Source: Chrysochromulina tobinii
Taxonomy: Eukaryota
Assembly: GCA_001275005.1 (NCBI GenBank)
Contig: JWZX01003336.1
Span: forward strand, 1-58,286
Direction: 5' to 3'
Length of the DNA: 58,286 nt
Under the pieces are notes generated by a model. That model saw nothing but the letters and a program-made list of their open reading frames with translations. It was not told where the DNA came from and made no database searches. The position numbers and the translations under genes are program-made. Shown here piece after piece: positions 58,187-58,286 of the stretch. Position 1 is the first letter of the stretch; every line of letters starts with the position of its first letter.

Positions 58187-58286
58187 CTGGACAAGTTCGG
58201 CTACACGACAGTACAGGAGCGGAAATAGAAACTGCTCTCTGTAATCTGGAATCTCTCCCTACGTTGGTAAGTCCCTAGGTATGGAC

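Noticed and set aside
1130..58194. Numerous long antisense/alternate-frame ORFs (e.g. 4632-6836, 15001-16593, 32355-33716, 52992-54506)
   Set aside because: Shadow ORFs expected from high GC3 codon bias; no recognisable motifs, and they overlap well-supported genes.
1..58286. Autonomous transposon/retroelement encoding the intron-insertion machinery
   Set aside because: No RT, transposase, integrase or endonuclease motifs were recognised in this window; any driver must be elsewhere.

Overview
High-GC eukaryotic nuclear DNA. It is probably from a flagellated alga with a complex plastid, most likely a haptophyte of the Chrysochromulina type; this is inferred from GC-AG introns, bipartite plastid-targeting leaders and CFAP65. 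About 13 protein-coding genes, in order: DNAJC3-like co-chaperone, CFAP65, secreted ankyrin protein, DAG/sphingosine-kinase-family enzyme, AGC kinase-PAS-SnoaL-LOV protein, CUE-3xUbiquitin-2OG-Fe(II) oxygenase, a ~28-kb many-exon giant DUF3638/DUF3645 P-loop gene, HCF107/Mbb1-like HAT protein, a membrane protein split by one TAG, DUF1995 protein, SAM50, Tic22 and a type-I surface glycoprotein. The strongest signal is non-coding. Dozens of introns share one architecture: a variable-length (about 5-35 nt) duplication of the flanking exon supplies one splice site, a body of ~10-nt periodic repeats carries branch-point-like CTGAY, and a stereotyped cassette (CTGATTGCCTCCCTCATCAG, or GCATGCAAGTGCTCACCACGGCGCCCTCCCCCCACAG) supplies the other site. 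Several are stacked at the same position. This looks like an introner-like intron-generating system. Splice junctions were read by eye and need RNA-seq confirmation.
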